A stretch of 32,735 nucleotides of DNA, taken from positions 1-32,735 of the IMG/VR virus record IMGVR_UViG_2757320713_000001; one strand, 5' to 3'. Origin of the DNA: a virus. The notes below the pieces were generated by a model. It saw only the letters and a program-made list of their open reading frames with translations. It was not told where the DNA came from and did no database searches. A program made the translations under genes and the position numbers. Within the stretch, counting starts at the first letter, position 1; every line of letters begins with the position of its first letter. This document shows positions 1 to 8,750 of the stretch, in pieces.

Positions 1-594
1 ATGATAGATTATTTCAAATTTAGGAAATTAGGAATTTACAATTTTTCTCATTTTTTGCACAATTTACGCAAAATGACAGATTAATTGGAATTTTGGAATT
101 TTGAATTTTTTGCACCGCTCCAATTATTATTTGGAGGTGTAGAATTAATTGGAATTTCCAATTTATTGCGAAAGTTGGGAAATTTGCGAAAAAAACGAAA
201 AAAACGAAAGAAATTGGAATTTTCAATTTTTTGCATTAGTTGTGAAATTTTCGCAGAAAATGAAAAAAACTACAAATACCTAGTTAATATTCTGCAATTG
301 CAAAGGCTTAATTAGGGAACTGTAGTTTTTTTCATTTTCTGCGAAAATTTCACAACTAATGCAAAAAATTGAAAATTCCAATTTCTTTCGTTTTTTTCGT
401 TTTTTTCGCAAATTTCCCAACTTTCGCAATAAATTGGAAATTCCAATTAATTCTACACCTCCAAATAATAATTGGAGCGGTGCAAAAAATTCAAAATTCC
501 AAAATTCCAATTAATCTGTCATTTTGCGTAAATTGTGCAAAAAATGAGAAAAATTGTAAATTCCTAATTTCCTAAATTTGAAATAATCTATCAT
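1..594. repeat. 594-bp fold-back palindrome; probable read-through of a hairpin terminus or head-to-head junction, axis at 297/298
   Basis: Positions i and 595-i are complementary; mirrored track ORFs 20..226/369..575 and 85..315/280..510 confirm the axis. Centre 275-320 is imperfect, with a TGCAATTGCA core at 293-302. Confidence 0.9.
558..578 (-). promoter_or_regulatory. Rudiviral terminal motif AATTTAGGAAATTAGGAATTT (mirror copy at 17-37)
   Basis: One mismatch from the AATTTAGGAATTTAGGAATTT motif I recall near ligamenviral termini; partial AAATTCCTAAATT copies at about 621 and 693. Confidence 0.7.
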
Positions 595-838
595 TTTCTG
601 CAAAAAAGTTAAAAAATTGGAAATTCCTAAATTCCAAATAATTCTACATTTCCAAATAATTTTCCAACTATGATAAAAAATACTAATTTTCTAAATTCCT
701 AAATTACAATTAATCTGTCATTTAGTGAAATTTGTAATATAAAATTTGCAAATTCAAACTTTGGAAATTTGTAATAAATGTTAATTTGTGGATATTAATA
801 ACTACTAACTATAATATTATAATTTATAATTTGTAGGG

Positions 839-961
839 AACCAAACCCACAATTTAAAACTTTTAGTTACTAAACATATTCATAATTTATTTAAATTATT
901 AATTCTAGCAAACCAAAACCTCAATTTAAAATTGCTAAGTTACTAAACATATTGTTAATTT
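839..961 (+). repeat. Two ~50-bp degenerate direct repeats, 72-bp period
   Basis: AACCAAACCCACAATTTAAAAC..AGTTACTAAACATATT at 839 versus AACCAAAACCTCAATTTAAAAT..AGTTACTAAACATATT at 911. Confidence 0.8.
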
Positions 962-1068
962 GTTATATTTATTCATTTCGTTATTTGTTGTTAGTTTTTT
1001 GCGTTTAGTGTTGGAGAAATTGGAAGTTTAGAAAGAAAAGTTTATATACCAGAAGAAAGCATTTAATA

Positions 1069-1158
1069 ATGTTAGTGGGCATTATCTTTCTTCTTATTAT
1101 TATTTTTTTATATATATTATTATTAACATTTAAATTAGATAATTATATAACTACATAG
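1069..1158 (+). CDS. Candidate leaderless 29-aa hydrophobic micro-protein (MLVGIIFLLIIIFLYILLLTFKLDNYITT)
   Basis: Hand translation; BRE-TATA GAAAGAAAAGTTTATATA at 1031-1048 with the ATG at the expected start distance. Confidence 0.35.
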   Translation: MLVGIIFLLIIIFLYILLLTFKLDNYITT

Positions 1159-1584
1159 TTAGTATATTATATAATTAGCTAACTACTAATTAGTAGTTTA
1201 TAATTTAATAATTATAGTTTTATAGTTCAAGTGAAAAATATAGTTTCTTTTTTTCTTTCAATTCAATAGAAGATTCTGTATACAGTTTGGATTTATATCA
1301 GTATTTTATGGAGGAAATTGTAAGGAGATTTAATAATTTTGAGAATATATGAACTATCTAGTTATACAATATAATAATTATATAGTTATGTAGTTAGTAG
1401 TTTATAATTAATAAATTATGATCAAACCCAAAATAGGTTTTTTTACGCGATTTCACCGTTAGGAAACAATTTATCTCTGCAGTTATGAGAGAAATTGGAG
1501 AGACAGAATTTACACGTTCTCTATAGAGAGAGATGATGGAGAAGAAACGAAAAATAGAGATCTAAAAAAGGAGAGAAAAATTTA
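1141..1584 (+). repeat. Left copy of the inverted terminal repeat (part shared with the right end)
   Basis: Reverse complement of 32292-32735 at all positions checked (coordinate sum 33876); identity stops inside a TATA box. Confidence 0.95.
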
Positions 1585-1623
1585 AATATGAGTTTAGACA
1601 TATGTAAAATCAGTGAAAGAAAA

Positions 1624-1914
1624 ATGAACATGGATGAAAAGATAAATCAAATTTTGCAAAAGGCAAAAGAAGAAGGAGAAGCTTTTTTAGTTTCACTTAC
1701 TCCAGAACAATTGAGACAAAGTGGATTTGAAGAAAGTGAGGACTTTTTTAACTTTGAATTTGTGAAAATATATGTTCTATATGATGATCAATTCAAACTA
1801 AAATATGTTTTTAACAATGACCCAAGTAATTTTCTATACGAATCAAAAGAGGACTTAGGAGGATTAAAGGAGTTTATAGAAGTTGTTAAAAAATATCTAG
1901 AAGTTTCAGAATAA
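1624..1914 (+). CDS. Acidic 96-aa hypothetical early protein; anti-defence candidate
   Basis: The track start at 1588 lies at the TATA box; ATG 1624 follows GTGA SD and a class A promoter; T-tract downstream. Confidence 0.75.
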   Translation: MNMDEKINQILQKAKEEGEAFLVSLTPEQLRQSGFEESEDFFNFEFVKIYVLYDDQFKLKYVFNNDPSNFLYESKEDLGGLKEFIEVVKKYLEVSE

Positions 1915-2104
1915 TTTTTTTCTTTTTTTGTTTCAATTTTCCCAGTTATCGTTTTTTTCTCCAAATTTCTATTTTTTCATGACTATTTTCCAAAATTGTT
2001 AACATTATGAAGAATTTTTTTCAAAGTTAGGATAAAAATTCATGACTAACATTTATTGAGAGAAACATAAATATGTCATAAATATAAAAGAAAATCGATA
2101 TATT

Positions 2105-2629
2105 ATGAATATAGTTTTAAGAGAATTTGATAAAGAAAAATTTAATATAAATATCACTGCATGGTTAGATATTGATAATGATATTCAAAGTTGTTATACA
2201 AATTTTAAAGAAATTACGATAGTTACAATAATTCAAATGATTTCTGAAATTGTAGAAAAAGATGGCTGGGATTTACAATATTTTGAGAAAGATGAAGAAG
2301 AAAAATTATTTAATGCATTTATGAAAAATTCTAAAATTACAGTAAGATTAAATAAAAAGATAGATGAATTAAATTATGTTTTTGAAGAAACTATTGTTGA
2401 ATTTGATTTTCCAGAAATTGAGAAAAAGAGAATTGCGGAAATATATTTGAGTAATATACTTAATAATCTTTATTATTTTGATGAATGTATTATTTATAAT
2501 TTAGATGAAGGAGATATTAATTTAATACCAGAAGTTTTAAGTGATGAAGTTTATCAATTATTAAGTCCTGATGAAATAAAGGGAAAATTTAAGGAAAAGA
2601 TAGAGAAAATTAATACTGAAAAAGTATAG
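2105..2629 (+). CDS. Acidic 174-aa hypothetical protein
   Basis: Long ORF behind ATAAATATGTCATA (2067-2080); D/E-rich. Confidence 0.8.
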   Translation: MNIVLREFDKEKFNINITAWLDIDNDIQSCYTNFKEITIVTIIQMISEIVEKDGWDLQYFEKDEEEKLFNAFMKNSKITVRLNKKIDELNYVFEETIVEFDFPEIEKKRIAEIYLSNILNNLYYFDECIIYNLDEGDINLIPEVLSDEVYQLLSPDEIKGKFKEKIEKINTEKV

Positions 2630-2644
2630 ATGAGATGTGAAAAT

Positions 2645-2806
2645 ATGAATTTAAATACATCAATAGATCCAATATGGCTTTTAGTTATTGCTGGAATTTT
2701 TTATGAATTATTATTTATCTTTTTCTTATTAGAATTAAGACAGATAATGAAACGAATTGAAGAAGAAGAATTAGTCAGAATGTTAAAAAAGAAATATGGG
2801 GACTAA
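2645..2806 (+). CDS. 53-aa single-pass membrane protein (58 aa if started at ATG 2630)
   Basis: Hand translation MNLNTSIDPIWLLVIAGIFYELLFIFFLLELRQIMKRIEEEELVRMLKKKYGD; GTGA upstream; fills the gap after the 174-aa ORF. Confidence 0.6.
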   Translation: MNLNTSIDPIWLLVIAGIFYELLFIFFLLELRQIMKRIEEEELVRMLKKKYGD

Positions 2807-2905
2807 ATGCATTTTTATGCAAAATGTGATGTGGGCTACAAAGATAAAAGTTTAGAGAAAACTTTAAATATAAGTTTTTACATAGATTATATTGGTGAAA
2901 AAAGA

Positions 2906-3073
2906 ATGAAAGAAGTAAAAGTTGGTTCAACTACATATTACATACAAGATGAAGACGATTTAATAAGCGTAATTCATCAGTTGGCCCGTGAGGGCTATAG
3001 TATAAGTCAAATAGCTCAAGTGTTAGGAATAAGTGAACGACAAGTAAGAAAGTATTTGGAAGATTGTTGGTAA
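2906..3073 (+). CDS. 55-aa helix-turn-helix protein, SIRV1 ORF56a / SIRV2 P83-like
   Basis: YYIQDEDDLISVIHQLAREGYSISQIAQVLGISERQVRKYLE matches the recalled ORF56a sequence; GGTGA SD; the track's upstream extension spans the promoter. Confidence 0.9.
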   Translation: MKEVKVGSTTYYIQDEDDLISVIHQLAREGYSISQIAQVLGISERQVRKYLEDCW

Positions 3074-3290
3074 GTTAATTCTTTTTTTAATTTCCAATTT
3101 TTTCTTTTTCTTTTTCGTTTTTTTCATTAATTTATTTTTCTCTTATTTTTATCTAATTTTATCGATAATTTTTTTCACTTTTGACATATTATTTCTAAGT
3201 TTGAGAAATTTAGATAGCGTAAAATGAAAACGTAAAAGTTTGAAGAAAACTTTATATATAAGTTTTTACATAATAGATATTAGTGATAAA

Positions 3291-3539
3291 ATGAGTCAAG
3301 TAGAAAAGCAAAAAGTTAAATTAGGAAGAAAAGAAAAAGCGGTTTTAGATTTTTTGAAATCGTATCCTCAAGGAATATGGAAAGATGAGGTTATTAGACA
3401 TTTTTCATGGGCATCAAGATATGACTCTGTAATGAGTAAACGTTTGCACAATCTGCAGAAAAAAGGATTAATAGTGATAAAAGCAGAAGTTAATCCTTCC
3501 TCTGGAAGGTCAAAACAAAGAGTATATTTAAAACAATAA
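3291..3539 (+). CDS. 82-aa winged-helix-like DNA-binding protein
   Basis: LGRKEKAVLDFLK..GIWKDEVIRHF..KRLHNLQKKGLI..RVYL wHTH pattern; ATG 3291 after SD and class A promoter. Confidence 0.75.
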   Translation: MSQVEKQKVKLGRKEKAVLDFLKSYPQGIWKDEVIRHFSWASRYDSVMSKRLHNLQKKGLIVIKAEVNPSSGRSKQRVYLKQ

Positions 3540-3572
3540 TTTTTTTCTTTAAGCTTTTTCTTTTTTTTAGTT

Positions 3573-3764
3573 TTATTTTAATTCTCTAATTAAATCTTCT
3601 ATCTCATCTATTATATCTTCTATTTCTTCAATTTTTTGTTTTTCAAAATTATGTTCTTCATAGTTTTCAATAAGTTTCATACTTTCTTCTAGTTTTTCTT
3701 TTGCATTTTGCAATTCTTTTATTGCATCTTCAAGATCTGATATTATTTCATCATAATCTATCAT
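3573..3764 (-). CDS. 63-aa highly acidic coiled-coil protein
   Basis: 23 of 63 residues are D/E; the GTGA SD overlaps the stop of the upstream gene. Confidence 0.7.
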   Translation of the reverse strand: MIDYDEIISDLEDAIKELQNAKEKLEESMKLIENYEEHNFEKQKIEEIEDIIDEIEDLIRELK

Positions 3765-3770
3765 TTCTTA

Positions 3771-4034
3771 TCACTCTTTTATAATTTTTGAAACTTTTCC
3801 AATTGTTACATTTATTGTATTGCCAAAAGTTGAAAACCAAATTTCAAAATTTAATAGTTTATTATCAATTTCTAAATAACCAGCAATTTTATTTTTATTT
3901 TTTGTATAAAATATTATTCTTGGTTTTTCGTTAAAAATAAAAGCTTTATTTAGTAAATTTAAAATATCTTTTTCATTCATATTTTCAACTTTGTTTTTTA
4001 TTTTTTCCATTTGTTCTAAAAATTTTTCACTCAT
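3771..4034 (-). CDS. 87-aa hypothetical protein of a small rudiviral family
   Basis: ORF with own TTTATATGTCATA promoter and GTGA SD. Confidence 0.75.
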   Translation of the reverse strand: MSEKFLEQMEKIKNKVENMNEKDILNLLNKAFIFNEKPRIIFYTKNKNKIAGYLEIDNKLLNFEIWFSTFGNTINVTIGKVSKIIKE

Positions 4035-4086
4035 GTTTTCACAATTAATGTTATATTATATGACATATAAAAAGATTTTTATTTTT

Positions 4087-4704
4087 TCAGAATAAAGAGC
4101 CAAAACATTTTGCTTTAAATTCACAATTTTTACATAAATAATTATTTGCTCCTGGTATAGTTTTATAATCTTGTGATTTCATAAATTCTTTAAATTTCTT
4201 AATCCAGTCAATTGTCTTTTTCATATATTCATCTAATACTTTTTTGTCTATTTGAAATTGTCTAACTTCTTTATTTATTCTATTTAAATATATAATGTAT
4301 ACGTTATCAATTTTATAGTTTTGTTGTTGTAGTAAATAATAGTAAATTGAGACTTGGTAAAGATGATATTCCTTTATATTGAAATAGTTACTTGTGATAG
4401 TTTTAAGTTCTATAAGATCATTATTACAAATTAAGTCAATTCTTCCAGAAATTTTTATATTTTCAATTTCTCCTTTTATTTCAATTTCTGCTTTACAATT
4501 TAGTTTTTCTTGAAAATAATGTTCTACTTTTTCATGATATTGTTCTCCTAGGTCTAAAGTAATTTCATTTACGGCTTTCTCAAATTCAAATTTTCTACTA
4601 AAATAGCTTTTTCTAAAACAAATTCCAATTTCTGATGGAAATATTGTATCTTCTGGATATTTCATTTTAAAACTTTGTTTTACAAATTCTTCATAATTTG
4701 TCAT
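4087..4704 (-). CDS. Cas4-like (RecB-family) ssDNA nuclease with Fe-S cysteines, SIRV2 gp19-like
   Basis: [25 protein letters not shown] and [10 protein letters not shown] motifs; downstream of the ATPase. Confidence 0.93.
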   Translation of the reverse strand: MTNYEEFVKQSFKMKYPEDTIFPSEIGICFRKSYFSRKFEFEKAVNEITLDLGEQYHEKVEHYFQEKLNCKAEIEIKGEIENIKISGRIDLICNNDLIELKTITSNYFNIKEYHLYQVSIYYYLLQQQNYKIDNVYIIYLNRINKEVRQFQIDKKVLDEYMKKTIDWIKKFKEFMKSQDYKTIPGANNYLCKNCEFKAKCFGSLF

Positions 4705-4706
4705 TT

Positions 4707-6014
4707 TTAACCACCTAAATTACTAAATCTCATTAAGTTTATTATTCTGTTACAAATTTCTTCATTTTGTACTTTTCCAATTTGTAGATCTATATCTAGA
4801 GCTTGTAATAAAATTTGAATATCGATACTTTGCTCTTGTCTTCTAGATTCCAAATTATTGCAATTTACATAGTTATTAATACTATTTATTTTCTGTTGAA
4901 TTAATTCAATTAATGCTTTTAAAATTGATGGATATAATACTCTTGCATTTATAATTTTATCATAAGTTTTTTTAATTGCTAATTGAATAATATGAATTCT
5001 ATCTAAAATTGCTGAAGTAAATATTTGATAATTTTGTAAATAATCTTCTATATCTGGATTTACTAATTTATTAAGTGTATAAGAATATGGATTTCCAGCG
5101 TAAATAATTGGAATACATTTTTGAATAGTAGCAGATTTTGACTCTGTTCCAGCACCTCTTGTCCAAATACAATTTTCAATTCCAGTTGATAGAGTTGAAT
5201 TTATAGTATTTAGTTCTTTTGTTGAAAAACCATCTTTCCAATTTTGAATTTCATCAAATATCAATCCATTTGATAAAAATACAGCTCCATACATATTGTT
5301 TCGAGCATCGTAAACCAAATTGGCATATGTTGGAGCTTCAGTGTAATATCTAAAATTGAAAACTTCTTGTAAAATCATAAAAGTTGTAGTTTTTCCAGTT
5401 CCTCTGTTGGAGATTTCAATATAGTTAATTTGGCGTTTTGTTATTGGAGATTTGAAGAGCGGAAATAATCTCGGTAGGAAGAGGAAAATGTCATTTATTT
5501 CCATTTTTGAAGGATCATATCCAAAACTTTGAAGTAGTAAAGCATATGTTTGATATTCTTGATTTGCTAATTCAAATAATTCTTTTGCAATTTCATAATT
5601 GTTGGGTGGCTCAATTGAATAAATATCATAAATACGCCAACCTTCTATACCTTTTCTAATTTTGACAAACATGTAACTTGTAATTAAATTATAGAAATCT
5701 TCAGGATTATCAGCTATAAAATGTGGATCGAAATTTGTAGTAAAACCATTTTGAAATTTTGCTATTATTTCATCATCTTTAACTTTAAAATTAACAATTT
5801 TTGAAATAAACTTAACTTCATCATTAAATAATAAATAGCTTTGAAAATATTGTTGATCAATTCCGCGTTTATAAGCTTTTAAAATTTCAATTTTCTTTTG
5901 TTCTTCTATTTGTTTTCCAGAAAGAATTATATTAAGGACTCTTTCTGTATCTCTTGGATTATAAAAAAAAGAATGAGATTTTATTTTTTCAAGAAGTTGA
6001 TTTGAACTACTCAT
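4707..6014 (-). CDS. Lon-like AAA+ ATPase / ssDNA annealing protein, SIRV2 gp18-like
   Basis: Walker A NRGTGKTT, Walker B LIFDE; conserved operon position. Confidence 0.92.
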   Translation of the reverse strand: MSSSNQLLEKIKSHSFFYNPRDTERVLNIILSGKQIEEQKKIEILKAYKRGIDQQYFQSYLLFNDEVKFISKIVNFKVKDDEIIAKFQNGFTTNFDPHFIADNPEDFYNLITSYMFVKIRKGIEGWRIYDIYSIEPPNNYEIAKELFELANQEYQTYALLLQSFGYDPSKMEINDIFLFLPRLFPLFKSPITKRQINYIEISNRGTGKTTTFMILQEVFNFRYYTEAPTYANLVYDARNNMYGAVFLSNGLIFDEIQNWKDGFSTKELNTINSTLSTGIENCIWTRGAGTESKSATIQKCIPIIYAGNPYSYTLNKLVNPDIEDYLQNYQIFTSAILDRIHIIQLAIKKTYDKIINARVLYPSILKALIELIQQKINSINNYVNCNNLESRRQEQSIDIQILLQALDIDLQIGKVQNEEICNRIINLMRFSNLGG

Positions 6015-6039
6015 GAAAAAAAATTTATCTTATGACGTT

Positions 6040-6441
6040 TTAAAATTCATCTTCTACGTTTTTCTTTTCTCTTTTTTTCTCTTTCTTTTGCTCTTTTTGA
6101 CTTTCTGTATCTTCTTCTAATTCTAATTCTTCCTCTTGAACTGTATTATTATTCCTTGGTGTGAATTTTACATATTCGTTTAATAAGTCAGCATATTTAT
6201 TTAAGAATTCTGCAATTAATCTTAAATCTTCACTGTCATTTGCAGTTATTCCTAACTGCTTTCTGAAATTGTTTTGACTATGTATAGTCATAGAATATCT
6301 TACTTTACTATCTTGCGGAATTGCATTTAATTGAACTACCAATCTTTTTAATCCCTTAATTTTTAAAATTCTACTGGCTATTTTATTGTTTTGTTTTGCT
6401 TGACTTCCTAATTGATCTATTATTTCTTTAAGGGACGCCAT
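6040..6441 (-). CDS. ssDNA-binding protein, SIRV2 gp17-like
   Basis: 133 aa, basic N-domain and acidic low-complexity tail; first gene of the SSB-ATPase-nuclease operon. Confidence 0.85.
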   Translation of the reverse strand: MASLKEIIDQLGSQAKQNNKIASRILKIKGLKRLVVQLNAIPQDSKVRYSMTIHSQNNFRKQLGITANDSEDLRLIAEFLNKYADLLNEYVKFTPRNNNTVQEEELELEEDTESQKEQKKEKKREKKNVEDEF

Positions 6442-6541
6442 ACATACTCCCTAGTTTTATCTTTTTAATATGACATATTTATATATTTATAAAAGTACAA
6501 GCCATGATATTTAGAAGTTAAAAAAGAAGAGAAAAAAATAT

Positions 6542-6814
6542 TTAAATTACCTTGAAGAATATAGATCTTATTAATTTAGATATTTTCATGTTGTATTTAT
6601 TTGCTAATTCTACAAGTTTGTTGTAATATAATTCATCGACAGTAAAAAAAACACGCTCATCATAAATTTCACTGATTTCAATTTCTTTGAATTCTTTTTG
6701 AGAATTTAGAATTCTGTCAATTTCTTGTTTTATTGTCTCTCTTTTCTCATAAAAAAGATTTTTATACTTTGATGGTATACGTAATTCGATATACTTATTT
6801 CTTTGCTTTTTCAT
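6542..6814 (-). CDS. 90-aa protein with ribbon-helix-helix-like segments
   Basis: RVFFTVDELYYNKLVELANKYNMKISKLIRSIF is RHH-like; the N-half YIELRIP may be a second ribbon. Confidence 0.65.
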   Translation of the reverse strand: MKKQRNKYIELRIPSKYKNLFYEKRETIKQEIDRILNSQKEFKEIEISEIYDERVFFTVDELYYNKLVELANKYNMKISKLIRSIFFKVI

Positions 6815-6885
6815 AATTTTAGATATTTTCGGGCATTATATAAACATGACATATACATTTAAATGTCAGGTTTTCATTTACATGT

Positions 6886-7230
6886 GTGAACTGTGAAAAA
6901 GTTTTTAGTTATCATTTTCTTTATGTTTACACGTATTTTATTACTATTGCTACAAATTATCGTTATAATGATACATCTAAAATCTATAAAAAATTCAGAC
7001 AATATATTTATAATCATGATAAAAATTCTCATATTTATAGTGTGAAAGAATATACAACAAAATTTCATGGTTTACATTATCATGTTTTAGTTTTCACGAA
7101 TAAACGACTTGATTATTCCAGAATTCATAAGAAAATGCCTTCTCATAGTGATATAAATATTCAATTAGTTCCAAAAACAAAAAAAGATATAAAAAAAGTT
7201 TTAACTTATATGACTAAATCTAAAAAATAA
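6886..7230 (+). CDS. rep: HUH-superfamily Rep nicking endonuclease, SIRV1 ORF119-like
   Basis: YFITIAT, GLHYHVLVF (HUH) and YMTK motifs; GTG start, no in-frame ATG upstream. Confidence 0.92.
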   Translation: MNCEKVFSYHFLYVYTYFITIATNYRYNDTSKIYKKFRQYIYNHDKNSHIYSVKEYTTKFHGLHYHVLVFTNKRLDYSRIHKKMPSHSDINIQLVPKTKKDIKKVLTYMTKSKK

Positions 7231-7231
7231 A

Positions 7232-7519
7232 TTATTTAGTTTGTGACTGTTGTTGAGAACTTTGCTTTTTCTGTGCTAAAGAATTTACATCTGAAAGAGT
7301 ATCCATATTCAATAATGCATTAACGCCAAGAGTAGTGGTATCTTTAATACTTTCTATTGCACTAATTGTAGATTTTGTCATCTGATCTACTGCAATTTGG
7401 AATGATTGATTTGCTTGCTTTTGGTTGTAGAGATATACTATTTCTCCAACTACATATGAGCCTATTAGTACACCCATTAAGACAAGAAACCCTTCAATTG
7501 CATATTGTATTGTTGACAT
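7232..7519 (-). CDS. pvap: Virus-associated pyramid egress protein (PVAP; SIRV2 P98 / STIV C92 family)
   Basis: N-terminal TM helix, then DQMTKSTISAIESIKDTT.LG.NALLNMDTL.DVNSLA as in recalled P98. Confidence 0.93.
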   Translation of the reverse strand: MSTIQYAIEGFLVLMGVLIGSYVVGEIVYLYNQKQANQSFQIAVDQMTKSTISAIESIKDTTTLGVNALLNMDTLSDVNSLAQKKQSSQQQSQTK

Positions 7520-7617
7520 TTCAATTTTATTATATGCAAATTACTTAGTAATAAAGTTTATGCAAAAAATCGAAATATATAAATATGTCATAATGTTCAT
7601 TTATAAAATGAGGAAAA

Positions 7618-7779
7618 ATGATGGAGAAAGGGAAACCTGAAAGAGTTGTATTTGGAATTAATATAGATAAAGAATTGAAAACTAAATTAAAAGTTTATTG
7701 TGCTGAACATAACATTACATTAACTGAAGCCATAGAAACTGCAATTTCGGAATATTTACAAAAGAGGCAACAAAAATGA
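7618..7779 (+). CDS. svtR: SvtR-like ribbon-helix-helix regulator (53 aa; missed by track)
   Basis: Hand translation MMEKGKPERVVFGINIDKELKTKLKVYCAEHNITLTEAIETAISEYLQKRQQK matches recalled SIRV1 ORF56b. Confidence 0.9.
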   Translation: MMEKGKPERVVFGINIDKELKTKLKVYCAEHNITLTEAIETAISEYLQKRQQK

Positions 7780-7922
7780 GAGTCATAACAGTAAAAATTG
7801 ATGAAGATTTTCTAAAAGAAGTTGACAAATATGCCATGAATCATAAGTTAAACAGATCTGAAGTTGTCAGATTAGCAATTAGAGAATTTTTAAGTAATCA
7901 TGCTAATTACGAAAGTCGATAA
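7776..7922 (+). CDS. 48-aa CopG-like RHH protein (missed by track)
   Basis: MRVITVKIDEDFLKEVDKYAMNHKLNRSEVVRLAIREFL; ATGA overlap with svtR. Confidence 0.88.
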   Translation: MRVITVKIDEDFLKEVDKYAMNHKLNRSEVVRLAIREFLSNHANYESR

Positions 7923-7989
7923 AAATAAAAGAGAAAATTAAGCAAAAAATATTTTTTTATTTTCCATTTTCTGACAAATATATTTCTGG

Positions 7990-8232
7990 TCATTTTCTTC
8001 TTTTTAATCTTTCAATTTCAGCTTTAAGTTCATCAATTTCATCATAAATATCTACAAAGATATCATAAATTGCTACATATATAATTGCAAAAATTCCAGA
8101 TGCAAAAAATGTTGATATTATAACTATTGGCATATTTTTTACAAGAATTCCTAATGACATGACTATTAAAGCTAAAGACATTAAAGCTAAAAAAATTAAG
8201 AAAACTATTATTTCACGAAATTCTCTTTCCAT
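7990..8232 (-). CDS. 80-aa membrane protein, two TM helices plus C-terminal coiled coil
   Basis: Hydrophobic segments; position beside the capsid gene as in SIRVs. Confidence 0.75.
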   Translation of the reverse strand: MEREFREIIVFLIFLALMSLALIVMSLGILVKNMPIVIISTFFASGIFAIIYVAIYDIFVDIYDEIDELKAEIERLKRRK

Positions 8233-8244
8233 TTTTTCTCATTT

Positions 8245-8577
8245 TCATTTTTCGTTATCTGACGTATATATACTTTTATTAATCTGACCACATAATATTG
8301 TTAAATCAAAGAAAGGTTTGTTATATCTGTAATTTACTCTTATATATGGCGAATATCTAAAAGTCCTTTTAATGTAACTTATAATTCCATTCGCTCTTTT
8401 TATATATAAATTATGTGCCATAATCAGTCTTATTTTTAAAGTTAGCAAAGTGTCGTTATCCATGACGTGATAATAATAAATATTAGTTGGATAAAATGCG
8501 TTCAGCCAATTCAACACTTGATCGGTAAACTTTCTACATTCAATTATGATTATATCTTCCATGATTTTCATATTCAT
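8245..8577 (-). CDS. About 110-aa conserved rudiviral hypothetical protein (start uncertain)
   Basis: The track uses TTG 8586; in-frame ATGs include 8577 and 8562. Confidence 0.7.
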   Translation of the reverse strand: MNMKIMEDIIIIECRKFTDQVLNWLNAFYPTNIYYYHVMDNDTLLTLKIRLIMAHNLYIKRANGIISYIKRTFRYSPYIRVNYRYNKPFFDLTILCGQINKSIYTSDNEK

Positions 8578-8750
8578 AACTGACAATTAAATACTTTATT
8601 TTCAGTTAACATATAGTCTAATTAATAGTTATGAATTTCCCTAGTTATTACTGATATTTAATCCACAATTTCATCAACTTATATACATTATATAGTATAT
8701 ACGGCGTGAAAATTTATATTGTAGCAATTTTAAATATAAATTGACCAAAA

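Noticed and set aside
20-575. Four track ORFs (68 and 76 aa, mirrored)
   Set aside because: Products of the palindrome and low-complexity AAATTCC repeats; no promoter or SD, TTG starts, biased composition.
298-1584. CRISPR array or mini-array in terminal and intergenic repeats
   Set aside because: No constant-length repeat with unique 35-45-bp spacers; nothing resembling Sulfolobales CRISPR repeats.
1624-1914. Calling the 96-aa ORF AcrID1
   Set aside because: Size, acidity and position fit, but I cannot align it with the AcrID1 sequence I recall; left as a candidate.
4087-4704. Cas4-like gene as evidence of a CRISPR-Cas locus
   Set aside because: No cas1, cas2 or array; it is the standard rudiviral replication-operon nuclease.
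6874-7068. 64-aa ORF antisense to rep
   Set aside because: Shadow frame of a conserved gene.
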